The position numbers and the translations under genes are program-made. A stretch of 64,000 nucleotides of DNA from the IMG/VR virus record IMGVR_UViG_3300011242_000004, one strand, 5' to 3'. The notes under the pieces are model-generated. The model was not told where the DNA came from. It saw only the letters and a list, made by a program, of their open reading frames with translations, and did not search any database. Positions 1 through 9,152 of the stretch are shown here, in pieces. The DNA is from an uncultured virus (IMG/VR IMGVR_UViG_3300011242_000004). Taxonomy: Duplodnaviria; Heunggongvirae; Uroviricota; Caudoviricetes. How positions within the stretch are numbered: position 1 is the stretch's first letter; the number at the start of each line of letters is the position of its first letter.

Positions 1-64
1 GCTTTTTGTATTTCTTTAAAATCGTTTCTTCATATTCTTGCTGGTCGATTTTTAATTCGGACAT
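1..64 (-). CDS. 5' end of a hypothetical protein running off the window (MSELKIDQQEYEETILKKYKK...)
   Basis: ATG at 64, open to position 1; weak RBS. Confidence 0.35.
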   Translation of the reverse strand, partial: MSELKIDQQEYEETILKKYKK

Positions 65-145
65 AATCGAATCATCATCTTCGTGCCACATTTTTTTCTC
101 TGGCATGGTTTCACCACTTTTCTATGTATTCTTGGAGGTATCATC

Positions 146-970
146 ATGTTCCCTGAACAATTTCGCAATAAAAACTTAATCGAATCGGTACATGAGCATC
201 TCTCACAACAGAACTATAACCGCTCCATTGAACGAAATAAAGGGAAAACAGAAATTAAGTTTTATCCTTCTTCTATCGGGCAATGTGAACGGAAGATTTT
301 GTATCAGATGTTGAAGTACCCCGGTTCTCCGAAGGATGGCAACGACCTCCTTGTGTTGGAGAACGGAACCTATTTCCATAATCGAATGGAACACATTTTC
401 AAAGACATGGGCATCCTCATCGCCGAAGAGCTTTCCTTGAAAGACAAAGAGCTTGCCATCAGTGGACGAAGCGACGCCATCATCTGGGACCTTGATATCC
501 CAGAAAACTATGAGTTCGATGATAGTCCTCACATCACGTTAAAAGACACACAAAACAAAGTGGTCTATAGAGGGCACCGGGATGCCATCAAAATCATTGA
601 GTTCAAGTCGATTAATACGACAAACTTTAACAAGCTAAAACGTGTCGGCAAGCCCTATCACGTCAAACAGCTTCAACTCTATTTTTACCTGACAGGGATT
701 CGTAAAGGGGCTCTCTATTACGAAGACAAGAATACGCAAGAACAAAAAATGTTTGAAGTCGTCTACGACCAGACGCTCGTTGATGAAGTCTTATCTGACA
801 TCAAACGCTATGTGGAAATGGCACGAGCCAATCAATTGCCGGAGCGTCCTTTCGCTTCCACGGATATTCCTTGTCGCTTCTGTGAGTACCGGCAGACCTG
901 CCACCCGAACTCCAATCCTTTCTCTTATGAAGATTTATTTAGAGAAGAAGAAGAAGATGTTCCATTCTAA
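146..970 (+). CDS. Cas4-like PD-(D/E)XK exonuclease with 4Fe-4S motif (no CRISPR context)
   Basis: PSSIGQC, GTYFH, SGRSD, IIEFKS, QLQLY and C-terminal CRFCEYRQTC; GGAGG RBS before ATG 146. Confidence 0.85.
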   Translation: MFPEQFRNKNLIESVHEHLSQQNYNRSIERNKGKTEIKFYPSSIGQCERKILYQMLKYPGSPKDGNDLLVLENGTYFHNRMEHIFKDMGILIAEELSLKDKELAISGRSDAIIWDLDIPENYEFDDSPHITLKDTQNKVVYRGHRDAIKIIEFKSINTTNFNKLKRVGKPYHVKQLQLYFYLTGIRKGALYYEDKNTQEQKMFEVVYDQTLVDEVLSDIKRYVEMARANQLPERPFASTDIPCRFCEYRQTCHPNSNPFSYEDLFREEEEDVPF

Positions 971-985
971 AACAAAGGGAGTGTT

Positions 986-1360
986 TTGATGAAACGTGTT
1001 CGTGTACAATACATGGTCCCTAAAAATAATCGTGAACTAGGTCCTAGAGAGTTTGACCATGAATTATCAACTCTTTATCCTTACCAAATTGTCGAGTATT
1101 CTGTTGAAGCTTATTCATTTAATGGAAAACATTTAATGGAACCTATTAACCATTCTTACAAAAGAGTTTTTGGATTTGAACCTTTTGAAATCATTTCTTC
1201 TGACCCGACCCGACACATTGAACATGACATTGACCATGCAAGTGTATGGGGCGTCCAGCTTGAAAATATCGAAAGAGACCCTACTTTAGATTACGATATT
1301 GATATGATAGTGTATTTGAATCGACCTTTTAATGCAAAGAAACCCCCTATGCAATTATAA
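986..1360 (+). CDS. Hypothetical protein
   Basis: ORF with GGGAG RBS, in operon. Confidence 0.7.
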   Translation: MMKRVRVQYMVPKNNRELGPREFDHELSTLYPYQIVEYSVEAYSFNGKHLMEPINHSYKRVFGFEPFEIISSDPTRHIEHDIDHASVWGVQLENIERDPTLDYDIDMIVYLNRPFNAKKPPMQL

Positions 1361-1378
1361 AATAAAGGAAGTGTATCC

Positions 1379-1762
1379 ATGTTTATTCGTGTGATAGAAA
1401 ACCCAGAGATGGACGACCGTCTCTGGTACAAAGAACGACAGGGTGATGTCTTTCATGCCATCACGTTCAATGGTTTGCAGTATANNNNNNNNNNNNNNNN
1501 NNNNNNNNNNNNNNNNNNNNNNNNNNNNNNNNNNNNNNNNNNNNNNNNNNNNNNNNNAAGAGTCGGAAGAAGTGGTTCAGGAATGGCAAGAAGGCCTCGC
1601 CCGAAACTCCCAGACTTAACCCTTATCTTCCTAGCAGACGAGCTCGTACACATGCAAGAGGCAAAGGAATACCAACATGCCTTAGACATCATCAACGCCT
1701 TACAGACCCATCTAGCGGTCTTAGAACAAGACATCATTCGTACACTGACTGAAGAGCCTTAA
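1379..1762 (+). CDS. Hypothetical; probably two small genes (1379-gap and 1583-1762) bridged by an N gap
   Basis: ORF interrupted by Ns; second ATG at 1583 (MARRPRPK...). Confidence 0.5.
   Translation: MFIRVIENPEMDDRLWYKERQGDVFHAITFNGLQYXXXXXXXXXXXXXXXXXXXXXXXXXRVGRSGSGMARRPRPKLPDLTLIFLADELVHMQEAKEYQHALDIINALQTHLAVLEQDIIRTLTEEP
1485..1557. other. Assembly gap (Ns); other gaps at 3731-3740 and 50476-50485
   Basis: Runs of n in the sequence. Confidence 1.
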
Positions 1763-1778
1763 CCGGCTCTTTTTCTTT
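1752..1778 (+). terminator. Intrinsic terminator
   Basis: AAGAGCC-ttaacc-GGCTCTT followed by a T-rich tract. Confidence 0.7.
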
Positions 1779-1793
1779 GAAAGGAGGTTACAC

Positions 1794-2780
1794 ATGCCTA
1801 CCCTTGCGAGAGCACATCTCAACATTATCTTAATCGTCACATTCATTACTGGTCTTTTTGCTGGCGCCGATTGGTTACAAACGGTCTTACTGACTCTTCT
1901 TATTCTAAGTGCTGGTTTTGGTCTCGTTCACCTGCTTGTTGTTCCTATTCTTACCGCCTTTGATTATTTCATTGAGAACAAAAACGATGGATATACACAC
2001 GGTCATTTCATGCTTTATTATAAATTAGCCAAACACTATGCTTTCGCCATCTGGTTCCCTTTTTCAAAATTTGCGTTCATTCTCTCTGAAGTCTTTTATG
2101 CGTCAAATTTCTATCGCCATTACCAAGACTTTGGCTCAGAATATGATTTTTCATACAACTACCATACCCAAAAGATTCCTGTCCGCCCTTTCCATCAGAT
2201 GTTGTATCACAAAAAATCATATCGTATCAGTTTACGTTATTATGTGCCTCCTTTACTTCGAAAGGCTAGACCGTTTCAAGGAATGGTCGTTGGCTTATAT
2301 GAACAAGAAATTAATTCCTATGAGGCAGAATCCCCGATGTATATTCTTCACTTGAAAGTTTCCGACCATCTTTACGGCGGGCTTCGTTTTCGGGAGACCA
2401 ATGCCGAAGATTTGCATATCATTCTAAGATTCGACCAAGTGATTTTCATCCGAAAACTTTTACAAAAAGCAGAAGACGCGCATTCGGATTTGCATTTGAC
2501 CATAGATATGAATATGGCTTTTCGCTTTCGCTTGAAGCGGTTCTTCAAAGTTATCTTGACCTATCAGAAAGGATTTTATTCCAAAGGAGAACTTTTTCAT
2601 GACTACAGACAGTCTGCTGTAAACTTTGCTCATAACTATTTAGCAAGAAGATGGGTTGAAGATTTTAGACTCCATTCGTTTATTCCAAGTCTATATTACG
2701 AACGTCTGAGTTATAATGCCAAAGTAAAAGACCTCAAGAAAAAAGGAGCTTTAGAAAAAGCCCCTTCTACTTCTTTATAG
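1794..2780 (+). CDS. Hypothetical membrane protein
   Basis: Hydrophobic N-terminal segments; AAGGAGG RBS. Confidence 0.7.
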   Translation: MPTLARAHLNIILIVTFITGLFAGADWLQTVLLTLLILSAGFGLVHLLVVPILTAFDYFIENKNDGYTHGHFMLYYKLAKHYAFAIWFPFSKFAFILSEVFYASNFYRHYQDFGSEYDFSYNYHTQKIPVRPFHQMLYHKKSYRISLRYYVPPLLRKARPFQGMVVGLYEQEINSYEAESPMYILHLKVSDHLYGGLRFRETNAEDLHIILRFDQVIFIRKLLQKAEDAHSDLHLTIDMNMAFRFRLKRFFKVILTYQKGFYSKGELFHDYRQSAVNFAHNYLARRWVEDFRLHSFIPSLYYERLSYNAKVKDLKKKGALEKAPSTSL

Positions 2781-2789
2781 AAAGGAGCT

Positions 2790-3269
2790 TTGCTTATGAT
2801 ATGGTTACTCTACATTGGCGGCGGAGTTATCGCTTTTCTTGCCATTGGCACAGCCATTGAACACTATTTCATAAAAACACATGTGTACATCATGCCTGTT
2901 TTCGATTCTGATGGGATAGTCACAAACCTATCAAAAGAAGGTTTAGCAACCCTTGTCCAAATGAAAGGAAACAAAGTGCATATTGTTTCACATAAAGAAT
3001 ATGTATACGTCAACTATACTAAGTTAGCAATGAATGACATGAGGAGAGCTTTAAGACAAGACTTAGTCAGCCATGGTATCCCTTTAAAGAACATTGTCTT
3101 TGTTTATAAAGTAAGAACCAGCTTTTTTTATTCACGCCCACGGATAAGAGCTTGTAAAGAGATTATCCCCTGTGAACGTTTTGTCCAGAAAGGACCTCCT
3201 ACAGAAGGCTCTACGAAGCTTCCTGAATTACAGAAGGTGACCCGGGCGCCAATGCACCGACTCCGGTAA
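2790..3269 (+). CDS. Hypothetical protein with N-terminal TM helix
   Basis: AAGGAG RBS, TTG start, hydrophobic N-terminus. Confidence 0.65.
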   Translation: MLMIWLLYIGGGVIAFLAIGTAIEHYFIKTHVYIMPVFDSDGIVTNLSKEGLATLVQMKGNKVHIVSHKEYVYVNYTKLAMNDMRRALRQDLVSHGIPLKNIVFVYKVRTSFFYSRPRIRACKEIIPCERFVQKGPPTEGSTKLPELQKVTRAPMHRLR

Positions 3270-3608
3270 AGCCGCTGGTGCCCACACCCAATACCCTTTA
3301 CGCTTGTGTCCATATTCGTAACTGTTACTGACATTACTGAACTGGTACAAGCCTTTTTCACATTCATATATCATACAAGGAAACATCATCATGACGGCGG
3401 CGACTTCTTCCGTCGTCCATACATCCCGGTGCAAGCGTGTCGCTTGTACCCATTCTCCTCTAACCAGTTGCGTCCCTCGTTCTTTTGTGACCAGCCATAT
3501 CATCTCATTTTGCATCAAGGATTTCCGCCAATGAAGCGCTTGTAAATAAGGAACTTCATCGGACACCAATTCTTTGCCGTTCTTAAATAAAATATGTAAC
3601 CGTTCCAT
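3228..3608 (-). CDS. Hypothetical protein
   Basis: AAAGGA RBS; 42-nt convergent overlap with the preceding gene. Confidence 0.55.
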   Translation of the reverse strand: MERLHILFKNGKELVSDEVPYLQALHWRKSLMQNEMIWLVTKERGTQLVRGEWVQATRLHRDVWTTEEVAAVMMMFPCMIYECEKGLYQFSNVSNSYEYGHKRKGYWVWAPAALPESVHWRPGHLL

Positions 3609-3660
3609 ACGTCACGTCCTTTCATGGAAACTGTAACCATTTCTTTCCCTGAAAGTAAAC

Positions 3661-3688
3661 AAGAAAAAGACATCCTTATAGGATGCCT
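3661..3688 (-). terminator. Intrinsic terminator
   Basis: GGCATCCT-ata-AGGATGTC then TTTTTCTT on the minus strand. Confidence 0.75.
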
Positions 3689-4102
3689 TCATCTTTCAGA
3701 CGTTTCGTCTCCGATACGATGTACCGGTACNNNNNNNNNNTTCTTTTTCTGAATGTCTCTCAAGATGGATTGGTCTGAGAGGATGTGATTGTATTTCACT
3801 TCAATTAACGTGATGCCACGTTCGCGGCAAATCCGTTTCTTGATTTTATCACACTCCTGATAATACTCGAACTCCTCATAGGAACCGTGTATCTCAGGGA
3901 AATAAGTATCGTGGGGCGTCCCTTGGAATTCAAAGGCTAAATCAAGTCCCGGATAGTATCTGTCGAGTTGCATCTTTCCTCCTCTTGGCGTAAGCAAGAA
4001 AGAATAATACCCGTGGTTGATATGTTCGAACGGAATGATGTTATCGAGGATGCGGAACAGAATCAATTCACCATTCGTGTTCTTCTTCTTCGGTTTTGTC
4101 AA
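3689..4102 (-). CDS. DUF559/Vsr-like PD-(D/E)XK endonuclease (3' end uncertain across N gap)
   Basis: QLDRYYPGLDLAFEFQGTPH...DKIKKRICRERGITLIEV motif pattern. Confidence 0.75.
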   Translation of the reverse strand: MTKPKKKNTNGELILFRILDNIIPFEHINHGYYSFLLTPRGGKMQLDRYYPGLDLAFEFQGTPHDTYFPEIHGSYEEFEYYQECDKIKKRICRERGITLIEVKYNHILSDQSILRDIQKKXXXXVPVHRIGDETSER

Positions 4103-4907
4103 AAGAATACATCGTCCTTTTTCAACGCTTCCAATGTTTCTTGGAGCCGTCGTTTTGCCTCATGGCGGTATTTGAGAATCGTGTTTCGATGGAAACCAAG
4201 ATGTTCCGCAATCTCAGTATCCGTTTTGTTGTCTTCATATGCTAATTTTAAGATTAAGAAAGAATCAGACGCTCTAGTTGCGTTAGGCTCTCGAACGCTT
4301 CATTACAGCGTCCTCCGTTGACCCAGTCAAGTCCTAGCTCTTCTCCTTCTTGGTCAAAGAAACGGTCTTCATAGAACCATTCATCTTTGATTTCAATCCC
4401 TTCTTCTCCGACTAACTCTTCATCCAATTGCTCTATGTAAGGATGGTTCAATACATCGTATTTAAAGACTGTCTTCTTCAAGTAGTTGAAGACAGCGAAC
4501 CGAAACGAGTTGTATAAATATCCTGAGAAGTTCACATGTTTCTTTTGTTTACGGTAGCGCATCGCTTGTTGCAAGAACAACATCTGTAAGTCTTGGATTA
4601 AATCCATCTCGTCGTATTGCGCTAACCCTTTGGCAAGCATACTAGCAGTTTTTGCCGCCGCCGCTTTGCCTTCTTTTGATTGATGCCGATTCACGAGTGC
4701 TTCTCGTCCCTCAACCATATACAGTTGCAGGAACCGTCGTGTATCTTTATCTGTGAGGTCGAAGACTTCCCGTTTCAATAGCTTCAGGTATTTCCCTAAG
4801 AATTGAGACGTTCCATCTTCGCCACCATACATTACAAGAAGCGTATATGCCGCTTCCTCGTCGCCACGCTGATACTGGGCAACTAATTGGTCTACTTGTT
4901 CATTCAT
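4099..4907 (-). CDS. Phage RNA polymerase sigma factor (sigma70 family); frame broken near 4255
   Basis: Region-2-like DLIQDLQMLFLQQAMRY...FSGYLYNSFRFAV; region-4 HTH (KTDTEIAEHLGFHRNTILKYRHEAKRRL) continues in another frame and stops at 4099. Confidence 0.8.
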
Positions 4908-4920
4908 TGTCTAGGACTCC

Positions 4921-5310
4921 TTATTTGAGTCGTCGAATGAACCTCTTTAGTTTTTCGTCTTCCGCTGTCCATTCTTCTGACTCGTTTGATTTGAGTCCGG
5001 TGTTGTCATTGGAGGAATTGCTTCCGAACAAGTATTCAAAAAATTCATCTTCTGTCATTTGCGTAATGTTCACATCGTCTTCAGTATCATATGTGCCATT
5101 TTCCGTCAATTGACTGAGGAGCATTTCTTGCTGTTCTGAAGTCAGCTCTATCTGGTCATTCGGGGAGAATACATCATTGGTCATGAACGTTGCTTCTTCT
5201 TCTAAGTCTGCCAAGAAATCAAAGAATTCGTCAAACCGGTCTTGCTCAATGATGGCATAGAGTTCTTCAACCGTTACTTCTACACCGGAATTTTTAAATG
5301 AGAAAATCAT
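4921..5310 (-). CDS. Highly acidic hypothetical protein
   Basis: About 33 D/E against 9 K/R in 129 aa; ATGA overlap with ruvC. Confidence 0.7.
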   Translation of the reverse strand: MIFSFKNSGVEVTVEELYAIIEQDRFDEFFDFLADLEEEATFMTNDVFSPNDQIELTSEQQEMLLSQLTENGTYDTEDDVNITQMTEDEFFEYLFGSNSSNDNTGLKSNESEEWTAEDEKLKRFIRRLK

Positions 5311-5798
5311 GCGTCTCCATCTCCCTTTTTCAATAAGTACATCGCATACGCGATTCCAATCGCATCGGCAATGTCGTTGTCTTTGTTAAAACTTGTGACA
5401 ACACCGAAGCGTTCTTTCACGACACGGAAAGTATCGCGCTTACTAGGATTCCCTTTTTCCACTTTGCCATACACATCATGGAAGATTTTACGCCAACTGT
5501 TTGGCATTCTGCATTCAGTTGGGATTTGATGTTTCCCTGCCACCGCAACGATGACACCCGTTGACCGTGCAATCTTGACGAGTGTGTCAATATTGTTTTT
5601 CCCAAATTGACCTTCATACATCAAGTAGTCAACGGCATGCGTTTGGATAAGGAGTTCGATTTGTTCAAAGAAATTATAGAATGAGGCGGGGTCATTGGCT
5701 TCTCCTGCAACTGTACTCGTATGCACCAGCTCTCCATCTTTGACGACGGCAAGCCCTGCTCGAATACTGCCCGGGTCGATTCCTAATGTAACCATCAC
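5307..5798 (-). CDS. ruvC: RuvC-like Holliday junction resolvase
   Basis: LGIDPG, YEGQF, PNSWRK, DIADAIGIA catalytic motifs. Confidence 0.9.
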   Translation of the reverse strand: MMVTLGIDPGSIRAGLAVVKDGELVHTSTVAGEANDPASFYNFFEQIELLIQTHAVDYLMYEGQFGKNNIDTLVKIARSTGVIVAVAGKHQIPTECRMPNSWRKIFHDVYGKVEKGNPSKRDTFRVVKERFGVVTSFNKDNDIADAIGIAYAMYLLKKGDGDA

Positions 5799-6094
5799 TT
5801 ACCCTCTTCTTGTTTTGTTTTACCGCGTCGTTGACGGTTCGATTTTACCTCTTTGCGTACTTTGATTTCCTTATCACTGGCGTATAGAATCACATCTGCT
5901 TTTCCTTCTACCCACGAAAGAATTTGCGGCAATGTCGCCTCTTTCTTCGTCGTGTAGACTTCCCCTTTCACGGAAACCGCATAGTGTTTATATTCATAAT
6001 AGCCTTCGCTTTCGCGCACGTCCTCTTTGAGAACGACTGGTTTTGCATCCACTATATCCACGAAGCCTTGCTTCTCGAAAAACTCTTGGTTCAT
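5795..6094 (-). CDS. Hypothetical protein
   Basis: AGGAGG RBS; coupled to ruvC. Confidence 0.7.
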   Translation of the reverse strand: MNQEFFEKQGFVDIVDAKPVVLKEDVRESEGYYEYKHYAVSVKGEVYTTKKEATLPQILSWVEGKADVILYASDKEIKVRKEVKSNRQRRGKTKQEEGK

Positions 6095-6168
6095 TTTGAA
6101 ACTCCTCCTGTGGCTAACTTAAAGCTAACCCTTAGTAACAACCTTGTAAATAAAGTATGACAAAAATA

Positions 6169-6807
6169 TTACAGGATATCTAGTAATTCTTCTGCTAGAT
6201 TTGATACGATTTCGTTCAGTTCCCCAATTATTTCTTTTGGTAACTCTTGTACTTCTTTTTTCAAGTTCCGTTGTTTTGCATCTACTTCAACTGCTTGCTT
6301 GACTTGAGCAATATTTCGAATTCGACGTAATGCTGTAATCTCTTCTCGTAAATCTTTTTCTATCTCATTGAGTTTAAATCTTCGTTTTTCCATCCAATGT
6401 GTCCCATATGCATGTTTGAAATCGTGTGTCTTTCTTTCTTCTTCCAAACGGACTTGCAACATTTTCTTAATCGCTTTGATGATAAGAACCGTATCGAAAT
6501 ATCCGAAGTCTTCTCCGTTTTCATCGGTGATAGTTACCATGGCTTTTCGCTTGAATCCTTCTTCTACTTCTCGTGTCACGATTGTGCTTTCCACTTCAAC
6601 CGCTTCTCCTGTTTCAGGATTGAACTGAACAATAGAATCATCTTCTTGTTCTTCCTGTGCAATCGAAGGTTCTAAGATTTGTGCTCCTTTGACGAGTCGT
6701 TCCATTTCCGCTTCTTCTTCTTGAACAACTGCCATGATTTCTTCCGGCGTCATCTTCGCTCGTACTTCCATCAATTCCCGTTCATCCATTTCATCAAATC
6801 GTTTCAT
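6169..6807 (-). CDS. Hypothetical coiled-coil protein
   Basis: GGGAGG RBS; E/K-rich helical sequence. Confidence 0.75.
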   Translation of the reverse strand: MKRFDEMDERELMEVRAKMTPEEIMAVVQEEEAEMERLVKGAQILEPSIAQEEQEDDSIVQFNPETGEAVEVESTIVTREVEEGFKRKAMVTITDENGEDFGYFDTVLIIKAIKKMLQVRLEEERKTHDFKHAYGTHWMEKRRFKLNEIEKDLREEITALRRIRNIAQVKQAVEVDAKQRNLKKEVQELPKEIIGELNEIVSNLAEELLDIL

Positions 6808-6828
6808 GTATATCCTCCCCAGAATATC

Positions 6829-7377
6829 TTACTTGATACGTTTTAAAAAGTTTGATTTTTGTTTCTTTGTCGCACTCTTAATCTTTTCTTCAAGTTTTTG
6901 TTTCGCTCGTTCCAAGAGTTCTGGTTGCGACATCACTTCATTCAAGGCTTCTTCTTGGCGTTTCATTTCTTTTGCACCCAAGTCTTTTTGAATGGCGCGA
7001 CGGATTTCTCGTGGTGTGTTCGGGTACATAACTGTCACATGAATCGAACCTTCTTCATCAATCCCACATTCATAGGTGATATCATGTTTACTTGCATCAA
7101 TCACATCTGTCATCGCTAAGTATTTGACGACCGTCTCTTGTGTCAACGCAACGATGATTTTCTCTCCGGCGTCATTAGCTTCCAATTCATCGTAGTTCGG
7201 TGTACGAGCGACGAGACGGCGTACCGCATCCTGTTGCTCTTCTTTCGTCAAACGACCATGAGGAAGCTTTAGAATGGATTCGACAGCGGCTTCGCTGACG
7301 ATGATTTCATGCACATCCATGCCATAGACTTCTCGCTTATGTTGAATAATTCCCGCATACACTTCTTGTTCATTCAT
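6829..7377 (-). CDS. Hypothetical protein
   Basis: Start moved to MNEQEV at 7377 (AGAGGA RBS, overlaps upstream stop). Confidence 0.7.
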   Translation of the reverse strand: MNEQEVYAGIIQHKREVYGMDVHEIIVSEAAVESILKLPHGRLTKEEQQDAVRRLVARTPNYDELEANDAGEKIIVALTQETVVKYLAMTDVIDASKHDITYECGIDEEGSIHVTVMYPNTPREIRRAIQKDLGAKEMKRQEEALNEVMSQPELLERAKQKLEEKIKSATKKQKSNFLKRIK

Positions 7378-7555
7378 CTTTTGATTCCTCTTCCTCTGTT
7401 TCATCTTCTTTTACTTCTTCTTCATCAGTCTTATCTTCAATCACTTCTTCAAACTCGACCAATTCTTTTTTCAATTTCTCAGAGAATACATTGACGTTGC
7501 CGTCATCTAAAATTTCCATCACTTTTTGACCCTTACTGTTTTTGATACGTAGCAT
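7370..7555 (-). CDS. Small acidic hypothetical protein
   Basis: AAGGAGG RBS; TATAAT-like element just upstream. Confidence 0.7.
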   Translation of the reverse strand: MLRIKNSKGQKVMEILDDGNVNVFSEKLKKELVEFEEVIEDKTDEEEVKEDETEEEESKDE

Positions 7556-7603
7556 TTCTACGTCCTCCTTTTATTATATTCCATATTTGTTAAACTTTCA
7601 CTA

Positions 7604-7630
7604 GAAAGAAAGGGGCTTACAAGAGCCCCT
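7604..7630 (-). terminator. Intrinsic terminator
   Basis: AGGGGCT...AGCCCCT hairpin followed by TTCTTTCT. Confidence 0.7.
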
Positions 7631-8069
7631 CGAATACTAATTCTTTGTAGCATTGCTGGCTGATGAATCCGCCGACTACTTCCTCATTCAATTCTTTAAA
7701 TAGGCGATGTGAAATCGTTGGCAGTTCATCAATCAAGAACTTCCGATTGCGTCCCCGATGTGTCATTCCATTTAATGTATGTACTTGAATGTCTGTCTCA
7801 AGACCCAGCTTATTTGTGATACGGCGAATGTTCTGTTCCGTGATTTGTTTCATATGTGCGACCGGTACGAAAATGTCATATCCTTCTTCAATCGCTAGCA
7901 AAAGAATCGCTGTGCTTTTAAAGCGTTGCCGGGACATTTCATTTACGACGATGAATCGGTCAGCCGAATCCGCTTTATTCTTTAATGTCGTATACGCACT
8001 ATCTAAGTAAATGGCATCTCGTGTATTCAATCCGAATGCTTCTTGATACCGGGATTTGATAGATGTCAT
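7617..8069 (-). CDS. Small degenerate P-loop-like protein
   Basis: SRQRFKST at the Walker A position and FLIDE Walker-B-like motif. Confidence 0.5.
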   Translation of the reverse strand: MTSIKSRYQEAFGLNTRDAIYLDSAYTTLKNKADSADRFIVVNEMSRQRFKSTAILLLAIEEGYDIFVPVAHMKQITEQNIRRITNKLGLETDIQVHTLNGMTHRGRNRKFLIDELPTISHRLFKELNEEVVGGFISQQCYKELVFEGLL

Positions 8070-8335
8070 TTGCGGTCTCCTAAGATTTCTTTCCAGCGAC
8101 TATCCAGTACACGCCCTAAGTATTCCCGTAAGCCTTCTGCTTCATGGATTTGCATGTCCTTCGTTCCTACATATTTATGAAAGAGTCGTCCATCTTCAGT
8201 TACCCCTAGAAGAATGCCTTTTTCAATACCGATTTCTTTTTCTTCAGCAGGAGCTTCTACTGGAGCTTCTTGTCCTACTTCTGCTTCTTTGAATTCGCCT
8301 TCTTGAACTTCAACTTTCTTTTTACGTGGTGCCAT
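8066..8335 (-). CDS. Hypothetical protein
   Basis: AAGGAGG RBS before MAPRKKK at 8335. Confidence 0.7.
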   Translation of the reverse strand: MAPRKKKVEVQEGEFKEAEVGQEAPVEAPAEEKEIGIEKGILLGVTEDGRLFHKYVGTKDMQIHEAEGLREYLGRVLDSRWKEILGDRK

Positions 8336-8348
8336 GATTGGTTCCTCC

Positions 8349-9152
8349 TTAGAATGTCCAGCGGTCACATACCGATTGGAATGGGCATTGCTTACAGTGA
8401 TAGCCATGACGTGGGAAAATGTCATCGCCGTCGATACCGTTCGCTACCCCTTTCAAGACCGATACGAGTCGCTTGTAATCATTTTCATTTCTTTCAAATA
8501 CGATTTCTTTTCCGGCGCCGACATAGTCCATGATGAACGCATCTGGCATCTTCTTAAAACTAGCGGTGAACGCATAATGCATGAACGTTGCATTCAAGTC
8601 GTGTCGTAAGAAAAAGCCTTCAGGTTTTGTCAGCCCGGTGCGGAAATCTACTACTTCAATAAAACGACTTTGTGTTTCTTTGTCAACCCGTTCTCGAATT
8701 AATTCAAACTTCCCGACAATGTTCAAGTTTCCGAATGAAATGCGGTACTCATGATTGACCGCAATCGGAATGTATTCTTCCTTCGCTGACTTCTCATAGA
8801 ACTGCTTAATCAGTTTGTACCCTTTATGCAGATACTTTTCTTTACGAATGCGGGCATCCCGTGTGGATTGCGCCAAATCGCTGACAAATACCCCTTCGAT
8901 TTCGATATCACTTTTCTCATGCCAGAGCTTCGCAAACTTCTCATACATTTGTTTCAACGAAGGGACATGCTTTGCTTGTAAACTGTTGAAATAATAATAG
9001 ATGGTTTGATGGAACGCTTCTTTGAAAGCAATGTCTTGCTTGCGGTCTTCTTTTAACACTTCTAGTTGCCGTTCATGTTTGATGTGATACTGAAGCGGAC
9101 ATCGTAAGTAATCAAAGACTTGCTCAATCGTTAAAGTTTTGACGTCGTTCAT
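8349..9152 (-). CDS. AddB/RecB-type PD-(D/E)XK-fold protein with Fe-S staple; catalytic residues altered
   Basis: YLRCPLQY...CKQCPFQSVC; GKFELIR / VVDFRTG where GxIDR / IDYKTG is expected. Confidence 0.8.
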   Translation of the reverse strand: MNDVKTLTIEQVFDYLRCPLQYHIKHERQLEVLKEDRKQDIAFKEAFHQTIYYYFNSLQAKHVPSLKQMYEKFAKLWHEKSDIEIEGVFVSDLAQSTRDARIRKEKYLHKGYKLIKQFYEKSAKEEYIPIAVNHEYRISFGNLNIVGKFELIRERVDKETQSRFIEVVDFRTGLTKPEGFFLRHDLNATFMHYAFTASFKKMPDAFIMDYVGAGKEIVFERNENDYKRLVSVLKGVANGIDGDDIFPRHGYHCKQCPFQSVCDRWTF

